Source: an uncultured Gammaproteobacteria bacterium
GTDB taxonomy: Bacteria; Pseudomonadota; Gammaproteobacteria; SG8-11
Assembly (NCBI GenBank): GCA_964532385.1
Contig: CAZHHW010000001.1
Coordinates: forward strand, 27,268-91,267
Reading direction: 5' to 3'
DNA: 64,000 bases
The position numbers and the translations under genes were made by a program. Of the stretch, positions 28,469 to 37,868 are shown piece after piece (the stretch's first letter is position 1; each line of letters opens with the position of its first letter). Under the pieces are notes generated by a model. That model searched no databases. It was not told the DNA's origin and was given only the letters and a program-made list of their open reading frames with translations.

Positions 28469-31306
28469 CTACAGCTTTTCCAGTTCCTGGTTCAAGCGTT
28501 CTTCGATGCGCTTTTTATAATTCAGGAAATTCACGATCTGCCATGGGTTGGGGGATTTGCCGCTGATGGCGCTGGGCGGCAAATCGATGTCGGTGATAAA
28601 AATCGGATAACGCAAACCGCTGCGCCGCTGCGAGATCACGAATTTGGCCACTTCGCGGAATAAATCCGCGCCGTATTCGAACGAGGCGAATTCCTTTTCG
28701 TCGCAAAATACCGTGAAAGCGTTATTGACGTCGTTAGGCGCGCTGATCACCTGCACGTTAAAATAACGGCGCGGCGCGAATTCACGCGTGCTGTGCCGGG
28801 TCTTGAGTTCAAAGCCGCCTTTGCGGTTGCCTGCGATTTCATAAAATTCAATACGCATATCCCCGTTTCTGGGGGTGGCGTCTTTCGCGGAAAAATTGAT
28901 TCGCTGCAGTGCCGATTCGAAAAACTGATCGAAATGATTGATCAGCGTGACTTCTTCGTAATAGGGCATGCGGTGCGTAAACAGCGAGCCCTGTTCATCG
29001 GCCACGTAAATGTCGACGTTCTTGCCCTGGATTTGGTAGAAAAATTGAATCGCGCCCGGGCGATTCGCGTTGAATATTGCGGGCAATGCCGTGTCGAGCA
29101 AGGCGTTGCGGTCGATGTGGGTCACTGCGAAGCCCGCGTGCGGTTCGGCCAGAAAACGCAGCAGTTCGCCGTAATTCTCTTTGCGTGTGTAAACAAAATT
29201 GCTGTTGTCGCGATGCACGATGAAATAGGACTGCTCGCATTGCAGAATGTAGCGGGCGTCCTCATGCGAGGCTTCGCCATAAAACGCTGCCAAGGTATCG
29301 GCAAACAATTCTTCGATGCGCTTGGCGATCGAGGGGCCATGATTGGATGAAAAACTATAGGCGCGCACCGGCGGCGGCGCAATCCGGCGCGTCTCGCCGG
29401 AGCGGCCCCATTGCAGGTATTGGCACAAGCAGTCCATGAGGCCTTGGATATGCTGGTGGCTGAAATGCAGCACTTCCTGCCAGCTCGTGACCAGCAACTG
29501 GTCGAAACTCAGCGCAAGATTCATCGCAAAACCGCTGTAATTAAGCACATCGGTGCGATTGCTGATAATGTCCGAGCCTATGCGGCTGCCGCGCGCCATG
29601 GGGTCGATACCGATGTTGACAAATATAATGGAGCTCAATATTTCCGGCGGGCTGGACAGGGCTTCCATGTTGGTGCCGGGGAGCTCGCCGCCGGGATAGC
29701 TTTGTTCCAGGCACGCGGTGATGGCGCGGAACTCCTTGACGTCGAGCTCGCTGTTTTGCGCGCGCACCGTCAATACGGTTTGCGCGCTCATGAGTTTATT
29801 GAAATGCAGCCACGCAATCAGCCCCAGCGGGCGGGTGGCGCGTTTGAGCACGGTTTCGGCCTTTTGCGCCGAGAGTTCCGCGCCGTGACTTAATGTCCAG
29901 GTGTCCTGGCCGTCGGCGCCCGCGATCTCTTGCAGCGCCAAGTGGGTTTCGATCAGGTCGGGCGCGATACCCCGGTTGACGATCTCGACTTTTCCGGCCT
30001 TGCGTTCGAAGGCCGCATACAGTTTGCGTCCCAGCACGGTCAGATCGCGTTGGCTGATTTGCGCCAGACGCGCCGTGCGGCGCGCGAAATCGGAAAGAAA
30101 CAAATAACTGTTGGTCAATTCGTCGACCAGGACTTTGCGTTCCTTCAGAACCCGGTTGATCTTCCAGGTATTGCGCGAATCCAGAATGACAAGGTGGGTG
30201 TTGTTCCAGCCCCAGCGTTCCGCCAGCTTATCCATCAATTCGCGCTGCCAGGTGAGGTGTTTGGCCTGCGCCGGGGTGCTCAGCGGCAGATTGACCTTGA
30301 AATAAAAGCAGCGCTGCACCAGCTCCAGCCGCTCCTGTTCCGCGCGCTGGTTTAAATACTGTTCGAGTTTCTCGATGAGCATGACGTAGGGATCGAGTCT
30401 GTCGAGAGAAATTTCTCCGCCATAAATTGCTTTCTTGAAGCGCGCGCATAGCAGATCGATGTTGGGAAATTCCTGCGCATAGGTTTCCATCAACATGATC
30501 TTGAGCACCGACTTGTAAGGCGAATCGATGCCTTTATAAACCTGCCACAATGCCGCGCCGAAAAATTCCTGCGGCGGAATGGTGCTTAAGCCGCCGAAGT
30601 CGATAATCTCATTGGCATTGACGAAACGCCGCGTGATCAGGCCATTCAAATAATTGTCATAGTCCGCCTCGTGTTCCGGCGGCACCAGCCACCACGCCGG
30701 ATAACGTCCGGCCACCAGCAGTCCGGTGCGGTAAAATTCCTCGAGCAATAAATGATGCTGGGCGGTGCCGCTGCTTTCGCTGCTGAGATTCAGGACTTCG
30801 CCGCTTTTGAATAGATCCGCATTCATCAAAAATATATGCACTTCAAGTCCCAGCGCCGCTGTCCACTGCTCGATCGCCGCGGCCTTTTTACTCAGCTCTT
30901 CGATCTGCGCGCGATTCAACGTGGGGCGATGACACAGCCACAGATCGAAATCGCTTTTTTCCGAATAGGCCACGGTGCCGCTGGAGCCCATTAAAAAAAT
31001 CGCGTGGATATCATGAGTGCGTAACGCGCGTTTTTTAAATTCAAACGTTTTGGAAAGACGCTTGGCGGCTTCCAGGCTTTTTTGGTTGGGCATGTAGTCG
31101 GCAATGCCGCTGGGCGCTTCCTTGGAAATATAGCCGGGCAGCATCGGATGATTCAGGTGGAACAACAACGGCAGCAATTCCAGAAAATCGCGCTGTTTCC
31201 AGCGTAACGCTTCCTGCACACGCAACAAGCGTTCGCGATTTAGCATGAAAAAGCGTTGCTTGATGGCGCGAATTTCCGTATTCGCGCTTAAAGGTTTGAG
31301 CTGCAT
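28469..31306 (-). CDS. cyaA: Class I adenylate cyclase
   Basis: The length (945 aa) and the N-terminal 'LLPLLFHLNHPMLPGY' match the enterobacterial CyaA 'LLPTLLHYHHPLMPGY' region. Confidence 0.85.
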   Translation of the reverse strand: MQLKPLSANTEIRAIKQRFFMLNRERLLRVQEALRWKQRDFLELLPLLFHLNHPMLPGYISKEAPSGIADYMPNQKSLEAAKRLSKTFEFKKRALRTHDIHAIFLMGSSGTVAYSEKSDFDLWLCHRPTLNRAQIEELSKKAAAIEQWTAALGLEVHIFLMNADLFKSGEVLNLSSESSGTAQHHLLLEEFYRTGLLVAGRYPAWWLVPPEHEADYDNYLNGLITRRFVNANEIIDFGGLSTIPPQEFFGAALWQVYKGIDSPYKSVLKIMLMETYAQEFPNIDLLCARFKKAIYGGEISLDRLDPYVMLIEKLEQYLNQRAEQERLELVQRCFYFKVNLPLSTPAQAKHLTWQRELMDKLAERWGWNNTHLVILDSRNTWKINRVLKERKVLVDELTNSYLFLSDFARRTARLAQISQRDLTVLGRKLYAAFERKAGKVEIVNRGIAPDLIETHLALQEIAGADGQDTWTLSHGAELSAQKAETVLKRATRPLGLIAWLHFNKLMSAQTVLTVRAQNSELDVKEFRAITACLEQSYPGGELPGTNMEALSSPPEILSSIIFVNIGIDPMARGSRIGSDIISNRTDVLNYSGFAMNLALSFDQLLVTSWQEVLHFSHQHIQGLMDCLCQYLQWGRSGETRRIAPPPVRAYSFSSNHGPSIAKRIEELFADTLAAFYGEASHEDARYILQCEQSYFIVHRDNSNFVYTRKENYGELLRFLAEPHAGFAVTHIDRNALLDTALPAIFNANRPGAIQFFYQIQGKNVDIYVADEQGSLFTHRMPYYEEVTLINHFDQFFESALQRINFSAKDATPRNGDMRIEFYEIAGNRKGGFELKTRHSTREFAPRRYFNVQVISAPNDVNNAFTVFCDEKEFASFEYGADLFREVAKFVISQRRSGLRYPIFITDIDLPPSAISGKSPNPWQIVNFLNYKKRIEERLNQELEKL

Positions 31307-31493
31307 AAGATTCCAGCGCTAATGTTTACCGGCGATGCATTGACTACACTGAGCCGGTCATCGTATGGCGTTTCATCGGGCGAAAGCGCGAATACTTAAG
31401 CCTTGGGACAGGTGGTGCCGATACATTGTTGTCCGTTTTTTTGCGTAATTTGCCGCGGACTTCCATTAAGGATTTTGAACCGGGAGAACAACC

Positions 31494-32309
31494 ATGCAGT
31501 TGATGAATCTGAATCAAGCGACGCAAGCGCTGCACTACGCGCCTATGGCGGTTTTGTTACTCGATCAGGAACGCCAGATCACTTGGGCGAACGAAGCATG
31601 TCATGTCTTTTTCGGCATACCGGCCGGAGAGCTGGCGGGCAAGAGTTTCAGCCAGATTACCGGCAATGTGTTGCAGCGCGTGGTGGGGCAGGAAGGTATT
31701 TACTATATCGCCGCCACCGGCGAACGCGCCGAGCGCTGGCTGCAATGCCGCGATCAGTCCGTGGAAAAAGGCGAGGCTAAATATTTTACCGACGTCACCG
31801 AGCTGCGGCGCGTGCAGGCACAGCAGGAACGCATCGCGCAGCAATTGCAGGAATTGGCAACAGTTGACCCCAAGACAGGTTTGTATACGCCGCGCGCGTT
31901 GATGCAAAACCTCGAGCCGCTGGTATCGCGCAGCCGCCGTTACAGCAATCCGCTCTCGATCGTGGTGATGTCGGTGGCGGGTCTTGCGGAATACGATCAT
32001 CTGCCGCAAGGTCCCGGCGCGCAGCAGGTGTTGCTGGCGGTGGGCCATTTACTTAAGGATCAGTTGCGCTGGGCGGACATCATCAGCCGTTCGTCGAATC
32101 ATGAGTTTGTGATGGTGCTGCCCGAGACGTCGACCGAGGCCACGCAAAAGCTGATCGACAAAATCCGTTCGCGTCTGGGCAGCCTGGTGGTGCCCGAAGG
32201 GCCGGAAAAAGGCTATGCGATCGATGCCCGCTTTGGGGTGGCAAGCTGGCAAAAAGGCGATGACGCGCAGCAGTTGTTGCAGCGCGCCTATAACGCAGGC
32301 GCCCGGTAA
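31494..32309 (+). CDS. PAS domain protein with degenerate GGDEF domain that retains the I-site
   Basis: 'RWADIISRSSNHEFVMVLPETS' aligns to the canonical 'RxxD-xxx-RYGGEEF...LP.T'. The active-site GG(D/E)EF is replaced by SNHEF while the RxxD I-site is retained. Confidence 0.65.
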   Translation: MQLMNLNQATQALHYAPMAVLLLDQERQITWANEACHVFFGIPAGELAGKSFSQITGNVLQRVVGQEGIYYIAATGERAERWLQCRDQSVEKGEAKYFTDVTELRRVQAQQERIAQQLQELATVDPKTGLYTPRALMQNLEPLVSRSRRYSNPLSIVVMSVAGLAEYDHLPQGPGAQQVLLAVGHLLKDQLRWADIISRSSNHEFVMVLPETSTEATQKLIDKIRSRLGSLVVPEGPEKGYAIDARFGVASWQKGDDAQQLLQRAYNAGAR

Positions 32310-32434
32310 GAATCGCGGACATAAAACGGCGTCTTTTGCCGCAATGCGGCGTTAGGGCTAGGTCTCGTCATTGCACCTTGCTCTGCGCCAAAACCCGTCC
32401 GTTATATTTGTTCCGATATGGGCGACGCAGACCT

Positions 32435-33025
32435 CTAACCGGAGCTGCGCGGCTTCAACACCAGGGCCGCCAGCCCGGCGAGCGCGCCGAATAAATGCGC
32501 ATCCACCACGACTTCGCCCCCCGCCAGGCTCGCGGTGCCCGGCATGGCGCCGTGCCATTGCTCCCATGCAAGTTTGAGTGTAATCAAGCCCAGCAGCCAC
32601 CAGCCTTCGCGTAACTTAAGCCGGATCTCCGCCATGCAACCGGCCACGAAGTAGCCGTGCAGCGCGCCGGACAAACCCACGTACCAGCCCACTTCGGGTG
32701 TGAGCAGCAACAGCCCCGCGCCGGTGGCCAAGGACGTCACCAGCACGATGACGAGCCATTGCACGTGGGTGAACCGCGCGCCGAAAAACATCCAGATCAA
32801 CAGCAGGCCGGCCAGATTCAGTAGCAGATGCGTGAAGCCCAGATGCAGGAAGTTGCCGCTCAGCAAGCGCCAGACTTCGCCGTTCAGGATCGCCTCGCGG
32901 TCGTAGCGCAACAGCTGCTGGACACGATCGCCGCCTAATTGCCCGGCAATGGCCAGCGCCGCGACGCTCAGCGGCACCACATACAGTTTCGATTGTCGAA
33001 GCAGGGAGTGCAGAGGCATGGGCAT
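32435..33025 (-). CDS. Short rhomboid-family intramembrane serine protease (rhombosortase-like)
   Basis: 196 aa with six TM helices. The catalytic 'GLSGALHG' is the GxSG motif. The TM6 His lies in 'DAHLFGALAG'. The size fits rhombosortase rather than GlpG. Confidence 0.55.
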   Translation of the reverse strand: MPMPLHSLLRQSKLYVVPLSVAALAIAGQLGGDRVQQLLRYDREAILNGEVWRLLSGNFLHLGFTHLLLNLAGLLLIWMFFGARFTHVQWLVIVLVTSLATGAGLLLLTPEVGWYVGLSGALHGYFVAGCMAEIRLKLREGWWLLGLITLKLAWEQWHGAMPGTASLAGGEVVVDAHLFGALAGLAALVLKPRSSG

Positions 33026-33160
33026 TCACGCGTGGATGGGGCAAGTAGTATAGGAACGGCGGACGGGCCGATCAAACCGCAATTGCATTTGTTATAGTAG
33101 GCCGCCCGTGGAGGCTTGCCGGGGAAACGGTTTGGCAATTAATTTTCGAGGAATCAATTT

Positions 33161-33604
33161 ATGCCGCAGTTCGTAAGCAAAACGCGTATGCGCGGTTTTA
33201 CCCTGATTGAAATCATGGTCGTGGTGGTGATCCTGGGCATCCTCGCCGCGATCGTGGTGCCCAAAGTGATGGACCGTCCGGATACGGCGCGCATCGCCAA
33301 GGCCAAACAGGACGTGCGCGCGCTGGAAAGCGCGTTGAATCTCTACAAGCTCGACAATTTTGTGTATCCGACCACGGATCAAGGGCTGGAAGCGCTGGTG
33401 CAAAAACCCAGCGGCAGCCCGGAACCCAAGAACTGGAAGGAAGGCGGCTACATTCCGCGCATGCCCAAGGACCCGTGGGGTAATCCGTACCAGTATCTCA
33501 ATCCCGGCACGCACGGCGCGGTGGATATTTATTCGCTGGGCGCGGACAACCAGGTCGGCGGAGAAGGGGCCAGTGCGGACATTGGTAACTGGAACATCGA
33601 ATAA
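33161..33604 (+). CDS. gspG: Type II secretion major pseudopilin GspG
   Basis: '[22 protein letters not shown]' is a prepilin leader plus N-methyl-Phe site. The C-terminal 'GNPY' region is characteristic. Confidence 0.9.
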   Translation: MPQFVSKTRMRGFTLIEIMVVVVILGILAAIVVPKVMDRPDTARIAKAKQDVRALESALNLYKLDNFVYPTTDQGLEALVQKPSGSPEPKNWKEGGYIPRMPKDPWGNPYQYLNPGTHGAVDIYSLGADNQVGGEGASADIGNWNIE

Positions 33605-33665
33605 GCCCTCTCCTCCGCCGCACAGGAATGTGCAACGCGAAGCGCAGGGATGCGCGAGAGCGGCT

Positions 33666-33724
33666 TCGAAAATAAGGTGGGGAGGAAAGGCAGCAGTTCA
33701 CCCCTCCTCATTTTCGAGGAGGGG
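33666..33724. repeat. REP-like nested hairpin (CCCCTCCTC-attttc-GAGGAGGGG core) in the gspG-gspH spacer
   Basis: Read directly. Confidence 0.55.
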
Positions 33725-33790
33725 TGGACGCGCAGCGGACGGGGTGGTGGGGTGGGTATACCCAGCACTGCCACGGTCTCAAAGTAGCCC

Positions 33791-34477
33791 TTGAACAGCT
33801 TCCCACTCGAGTCAATGGACGTGAAAACTAAATTATCTTGCTGTGGCACGACCGAGGGGAGATTTCAGCGCCGCTGTGCGGGCTTTACCCTGATCGAGCT
33901 GATGGTGGTGATTTTCATCATCGGCATCATTGCGGGCTACGCCACCTTGTCGGTGGGGCAAAGTCATACGCGCGTGCTGCAAGACGAAATCAAGCGTTTA
34001 CAAAGTCTGCTGACGCTGGCCGGCGACGAAGCGGTGTTGCAGTCCGAGGAGCTTGCGATCGAGGTCTACCGCAACGGGTATCGCTTCATGCATCTGGAGC
34101 AGGTGGAGCAGGAATGGGAATGGCAGCCGGTGCTGGACAATGCGATTTTTCGCGTGCGCTGTTTCCCGGAGGGCATTGAACTGGGTGCGCAGATCGAAGG
34201 CACCCCCGCCGTGCTGGAACAATTGGATTGCGCTGCCGAGGCGGCCAAGAGCGACAAAGAAAAAAATCCCGACGGGATTAAAGATGAAAAGTCGGTAACC
34301 AATAAATCCACGAAACCCGAAGATATTCCACCGCGCATTTTTCTGCTGTCGAGCGGTGAAATGACGCCGTTCGAATTGACCTTGTCGCTGCCCGATAAAA
34401 GCAGCTTGCGCCTGGCCGGTGATTTGACCGGCAAACTCACACAGCCGGTACCGGGCGATGCAAAGAAACAGTCCTAA
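33791..34477 (+). CDS. gspH: Type II secretion minor pseudopilin GspH
   Basis: 'AGFTLIELMVVIFIIGIIAG' is present. An alternative start at the Met at 33815 is possible. Confidence 0.7.
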   Translation: MNSFPLESMDVKTKLSCCGTTEGRFQRRCAGFTLIELMVVIFIIGIIAGYATLSVGQSHTRVLQDEIKRLQSLLTLAGDEAVLQSEELAIEVYRNGYRFMHLEQVEQEWEWQPVLDNAIFRVRCFPEGIELGAQIEGTPAVLEQLDCAAEAAKSDKEKNPDGIKDEKSVTNKSTKPEDIPPRIFLLSSGEMTPFELTLSLPDKSSLRLAGDLTGKLTQPVPGDAKKQS

Positions 34478-34838
34478 TGCGCGCGGGTTCACCTTGCTGG
34501 AAGTGCTGGTCGCGCTCGCCATCCTGGCGCTGGCGCTGGCGGCGGGCATCAAAACAGCCGGGTCAAATATCGACAATGCCGCTTATCTGCGCGACCGCAC
34601 GCTGGCGCATTGGGTGGCCATGAACAAACTCACTGAAATGCAGGTGTTCAATAAATTTCCCAGTGCCGGGAGCAGCGAGCATGGCTCTTTGTTGCTGGCG
34701 GGGTCGGAGTGGTATTGGACGGTGCAAACCACCGTCAACAAGTCGATCCCAACCTATGAATTTGGTGTGGCCAACATCGAAGTACGCCACACCGAAGATG
34801 CGAAACAGCCGTTGGCCACATTGAGCGCGGCGTACTAG
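34458..34838 (+). CDS. gspI: Type II secretion minor pseudopilin GspI
   Basis: 'RGFTLLEVLVALAILALAL' is present. The protein is small (126 aa). Confidence 0.8.
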   Translation: MQRNSPNARGFTLLEVLVALAILALALAAGIKTAGSNIDNAAYLRDRTLAHWVAMNKLTEMQVFNKFPSAGSSEHGSLLLAGSEWYWTVQTTVNKSIPTYEFGVANIEVRHTEDAKQPLATLSAAY

Positions 34839-34839
34839 C

Positions 34840-35556
34840 GTGGTTCGCCTGCCTATGCCTATCAGGAATTTTTTGAGACGCGACATGATGGATCAAACAA
34901 TGCACTCCTTCCCCCTGCAAGGGAGAAGGAGTGCGTTGAGTCGTGGAGCGAATTTTTCGGGCGGGTTCACCCTGATCGAGTTGATCGTCGCGATGGCGGT
35001 GTTCGCGGTTATGGCGACCATGGCGTACAGCGGTTTGCAATCGGTGCTGGATGCGCGCGCGCGCACCGAGCAGCATGCGCAGCAACTCGCTGCGTTGCAA
35101 ACCGCATTTTTCTGGCTGGGCAAAGATATCGAACAAGCGGTGCCGCGCGGCGTGCGCGATCCCTATGGCGAACCGGTCAAAGCGCTGCTGGCCGAGCCCA
35201 CGGCGGAATACGGCCTGGAGTTGACACATGCCGGCTGGAGCAATCCGTTTGCCAGCGGCAAACGCCAGCGCAGCATGCTGCAACGCGTTGCCTACGGTGT
35301 GCATGAAAAGAAATTGCTGCGTAAATACTGGTTCGATCTGGACCGTGAACACAACAGCGCGGTGTTTGAGACCGTGTTGCTCGAAGGCGTGAGCGCGCTG
35401 GAAATGCGTTACGTCGACCATAATCTTCAGTGGCAAACCCAATGGCCGCCGCTGGGCAGCAAAGAGGTTCTGCCCGTGGCAGTGGAGATCAGTCTTGACA
35501 TTGAAGGCTTCGGCAAAATCGCGCGCCTGTTTCGGGTGCCGGAGGGACCGGCGTGA
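34840..35556 (+). CDS. gspJ: Type II secretion minor pseudopilin GspJ. The start is ambiguous: ATG at 34840 or 34900, or TTG at 34936.
   Basis: 'GGFTLIELIVAMAVFAVMA' is present. A REP-like hairpin (34902..34934) sits inside the 5' region of the longest ORF. Confidence 0.75.
   Translation: MVRLPMPIRNFLRRDMMDQTMHSFPLQGRRSALSRGANFSGGFTLIELIVAMAVFAVMATMAYSGLQSVLDARARTEQHAQQLAALQTAFFWLGKDIEQAVPRGVRDPYGEPVKALLAEPTAEYGLELTHAGWSNPFASGKRQRSMLQRVAYGVHEKKLLRKYWFDLDREHNSAVFETVLLEGVSALEMRYVDHNLQWQTQWPPLGSKEVLPVAVEISLDIEGFGKIARLFRVPEGPA
34902..34934. repeat. REP-like hairpin GCACTCCTTC-CCCCTGCAAGGGA-GAAGGAGTGC
   Basis: Read directly. The arm is a 10-bp perfect inverted repeat. Confidence 0.55.
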
Positions 35557-36629
35557 CGGTGCATGATCCTACGCAGCGCGGTGTCGCGTTGATCACCGCT
35601 TTGCTGGTGATTGCGCTGGTGGCGGCGGCGGCCGTGGCGATGTCGTCGCGTCAGCAACTCGATATCCGTCGCACGGCGAATATCCTGCAACGCGATCAGG
35701 CCTACGTGTACGCGGAGGGCGCGGAGATGATGGCGCGCGCGGTGTTGGCAAAAGACAATCCTGCGGAAGATGACAAAGAAGAAGATTGGGGCAAAAGCGG
35801 CGTGAGCATTCCGTTCCAGGGCGGCTTGCTGACCGGCGCGCTGGAAGATTTACAGGGGCGTTTCAATTTGAACAATGTCGTGAAAGGCGGTGTGGTGTAT
35901 GCGCCGGATGTCGGCCGCTTGACCCGTTTATTGACAATTTTGAGAGGTAAGAACCCTGACGAGGATGTGTGGAAAAACGCCGAGCCCGCTGATTTGGCCC
36001 ATGCCGTGGTGGACTGGATTGATACCGACAGCAACGTGACGACGCCGGGCGGCGCGGAGGACAGCGACTATCTCCAGACCGAACGCCCCTACCGCGCCGC
36101 CAACACGCCGATGGCATCCAGCAGCGAGCTGCTTTTGGTGCGCGGATTCACGCCCGCAATTTATCGTGAAGTGGCGCCTTATGTGACCACGCTGGCGGAG
36201 CACACCTTGATCAACGTCAACACAGCAAAACTGGAAGTGCTGCGCACGCTTGATGAAGACATCAATTGCATCGATGTGACCAAGCTGGGGCGTGACTCGG
36301 AGGTACTGACGGCGAGTACGAATGATACGTCTACTGAAGTTAAGCCGAAGATTTTCAAGGATGCAGAAGAGTTTCTGGTAGCAGCCGGTGCCGGATGCCA
36401 ATTAGTCGGGTTTGCCAAAACACCGAAACCAGGCAGCACACCCCCACCCGCCGGGGCAACGCAAGAACAACCTGCCGCAGTCCTCAGCGTTAACACCAAT
36501 TACTTCCAGGTGAACGCTTATGCCGAAGTGGGTCCGGAAGATCATCGGGTCAAAGTGAAGTTATATAGCGTGCTACAGCGCAAGGCAGGTAAAATCGCCA
36601 CGCTCTCGCGCGCGCAAGGATTTGAGTAA
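35553..36629 (+). CDS. gspK: Type II secretion minor pseudopilin GspK
   Basis: 'RGVALITALLVIALVAA' N-terminus. Size and position after gspJ with a 4-nt overlap. Confidence 0.8.
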   Translation: MTVHDPTQRGVALITALLVIALVAAAAVAMSSRQQLDIRRTANILQRDQAYVYAEGAEMMARAVLAKDNPAEDDKEEDWGKSGVSIPFQGGLLTGALEDLQGRFNLNNVVKGGVVYAPDVGRLTRLLTILRGKNPDEDVWKNAEPADLAHAVVDWIDTDSNVTTPGGAEDSDYLQTERPYRAANTPMASSSELLLVRGFTPAIYREVAPYVTTLAEHTLINVNTAKLEVLRTLDEDINCIDVTKLGRDSEVLTASTNDTSTEVKPKIFKDAEEFLVAAGAGCQLVGFAKTPKPGSTPPPAGATQEQPAAVLSVNTNYFQVNAYAEVGPEDHRVKVKLYSVLQRKAGKIATLSRAQGFE

Positions 36630-37868
36630 GTGGCCAAAAAACTTTTGATTCGTTTTCCCCCGCTGTCCCCGGGTGCCGATCCGGCCCTGGTGGATTGGAT
36701 GCGGACCAGCGGCGACGGCGTGCAGGAAGATATCCGGCGAGGTTCGCTCGACGAGGTGGGCGCGCAGATTCATGGCAGCCGCGTGATCGTGCTGGTGCCC
36801 GGCATTGACGTTTTGTTGCTGAACGCGCAGGTGCCGACGCAAAATCGCCAGCGTTTGCTCAAGGCCATGCCGTTTCTGCTTGAAGAGCAGCTGGCCAGCG
36901 ACATCGAAGACCTGCACTTCGCGCCCGGCGAACGGCGCGGCGACGGTACCGTGCCGTGCGCGGTGGTCGCGCGCGCGCGCATGGACGAGTGGCTGGCGCG
37001 TCTGCATGAATTCCATATCCAGCCGGATGTGCTGGCGGTGGACTTTCTCGCCCTGGCGTACGAGCCGGGGGTATGGACGTTGTACAAAGATGCCAACGGC
37101 GTGTCGATGCGCAGCGGTTTGCAGTCGGGTCTGTTCGTGGAGCTGGACAATCTGGTGCCGATGCTGGAAGTCGCCTTCGAGCAGGCCGGTGCGCAACGCC
37201 CGGCGCGTTTGCGGATCCTCGACGCCGACCCGCAAACCGCGCTGCCGGACCTTACCGCGCTTAACATCGAATTCACGCACGAACCCTACGACGCGCAGGC
37301 GTTTCTGCAACTGGCGCACGACATCGACCGCACCAATACCATCAATCTGTTGCAAGGCGACTACAGCCGCCGCGAACAAATGGGCAAGCTCTGGCGCCCC
37401 TGGCTGCCGGTGGCGGCGCTCGCCGGGGCCTTCATCGTGTTGCATTTGAGTCTGAGCGCGATGGATTACCTGCGTTATAAAAAACAGGTTCAAGAACTTC
37501 AGGCCGGGATCGAGAAAGTGTATCTGGAGACCTTTCCGAACGAGAAGCGGGTACCGAATGCGAAGGTGCAGATGGAGCAGCACCTCAAAGAACTGCGCGG
37601 CGGCACTAAAGGCGGCGGCGCCGGGTTCCTCGGTTTGCTGGGTGCGACCGCAAACATATTAAAGAACACGCCGGGACTGGAATTGCGCAGCGTGCGTTAC
37701 AAGGAAGGCAAGCTTGACATTGACATGACGGTGCGCGATTTGCAGATTCTGGATAAATTGAAACAGTTGCTCACGCAACAGGCTGCGGTGGATGTGGAGA
37801 TTGTGTCGGCCAATGCGCGCGGTGACATTGTCGAGAGCCGCTTGCAAATACGGGGGCACGGTTCATGA
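36630..37868 (+). CDS. gspL: Type II secretion inner-membrane protein GspL (GTG start)
   Basis: The cytoplasmic actin-like N-terminal domain, a single TM helix near residue 255 and operon position support the call. Confidence 0.8.
   Translation: MAKKLLIRFPPLSPGADPALVDWMRTSGDGVQEDIRRGSLDEVGAQIHGSRVIVLVPGIDVLLLNAQVPTQNRQRLLKAMPFLLEEQLASDIEDLHFAPGERRGDGTVPCAVVARARMDEWLARLHEFHIQPDVLAVDFLALAYEPGVWTLYKDANGVSMRSGLQSGLFVELDNLVPMLEVAFEQAGAQRPARLRILDADPQTALPDLTALNIEFTHEPYDAQAFLQLAHDIDRTNTINLLQGDYSRREQMGKLWRPWLPVAALAGAFIVLHLSLSAMDYLRYKKQVQELQAGIEKVYLETFPNEKRVPNAKVQMEQHLKELRGGTKGGGAGFLGLLGATANILKNTPGLELRSVRYKEGKLDIDMTVRDLQILDKLKQLLTQQAAVDVEIVSANARGDIVESRLQIRGHGS

Noticed and set aside
36573-37583. 336-aa minus-strand ORF antisense to gspL
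   Set aside because: Antisense to the gsp operon and Arg/His-rich.
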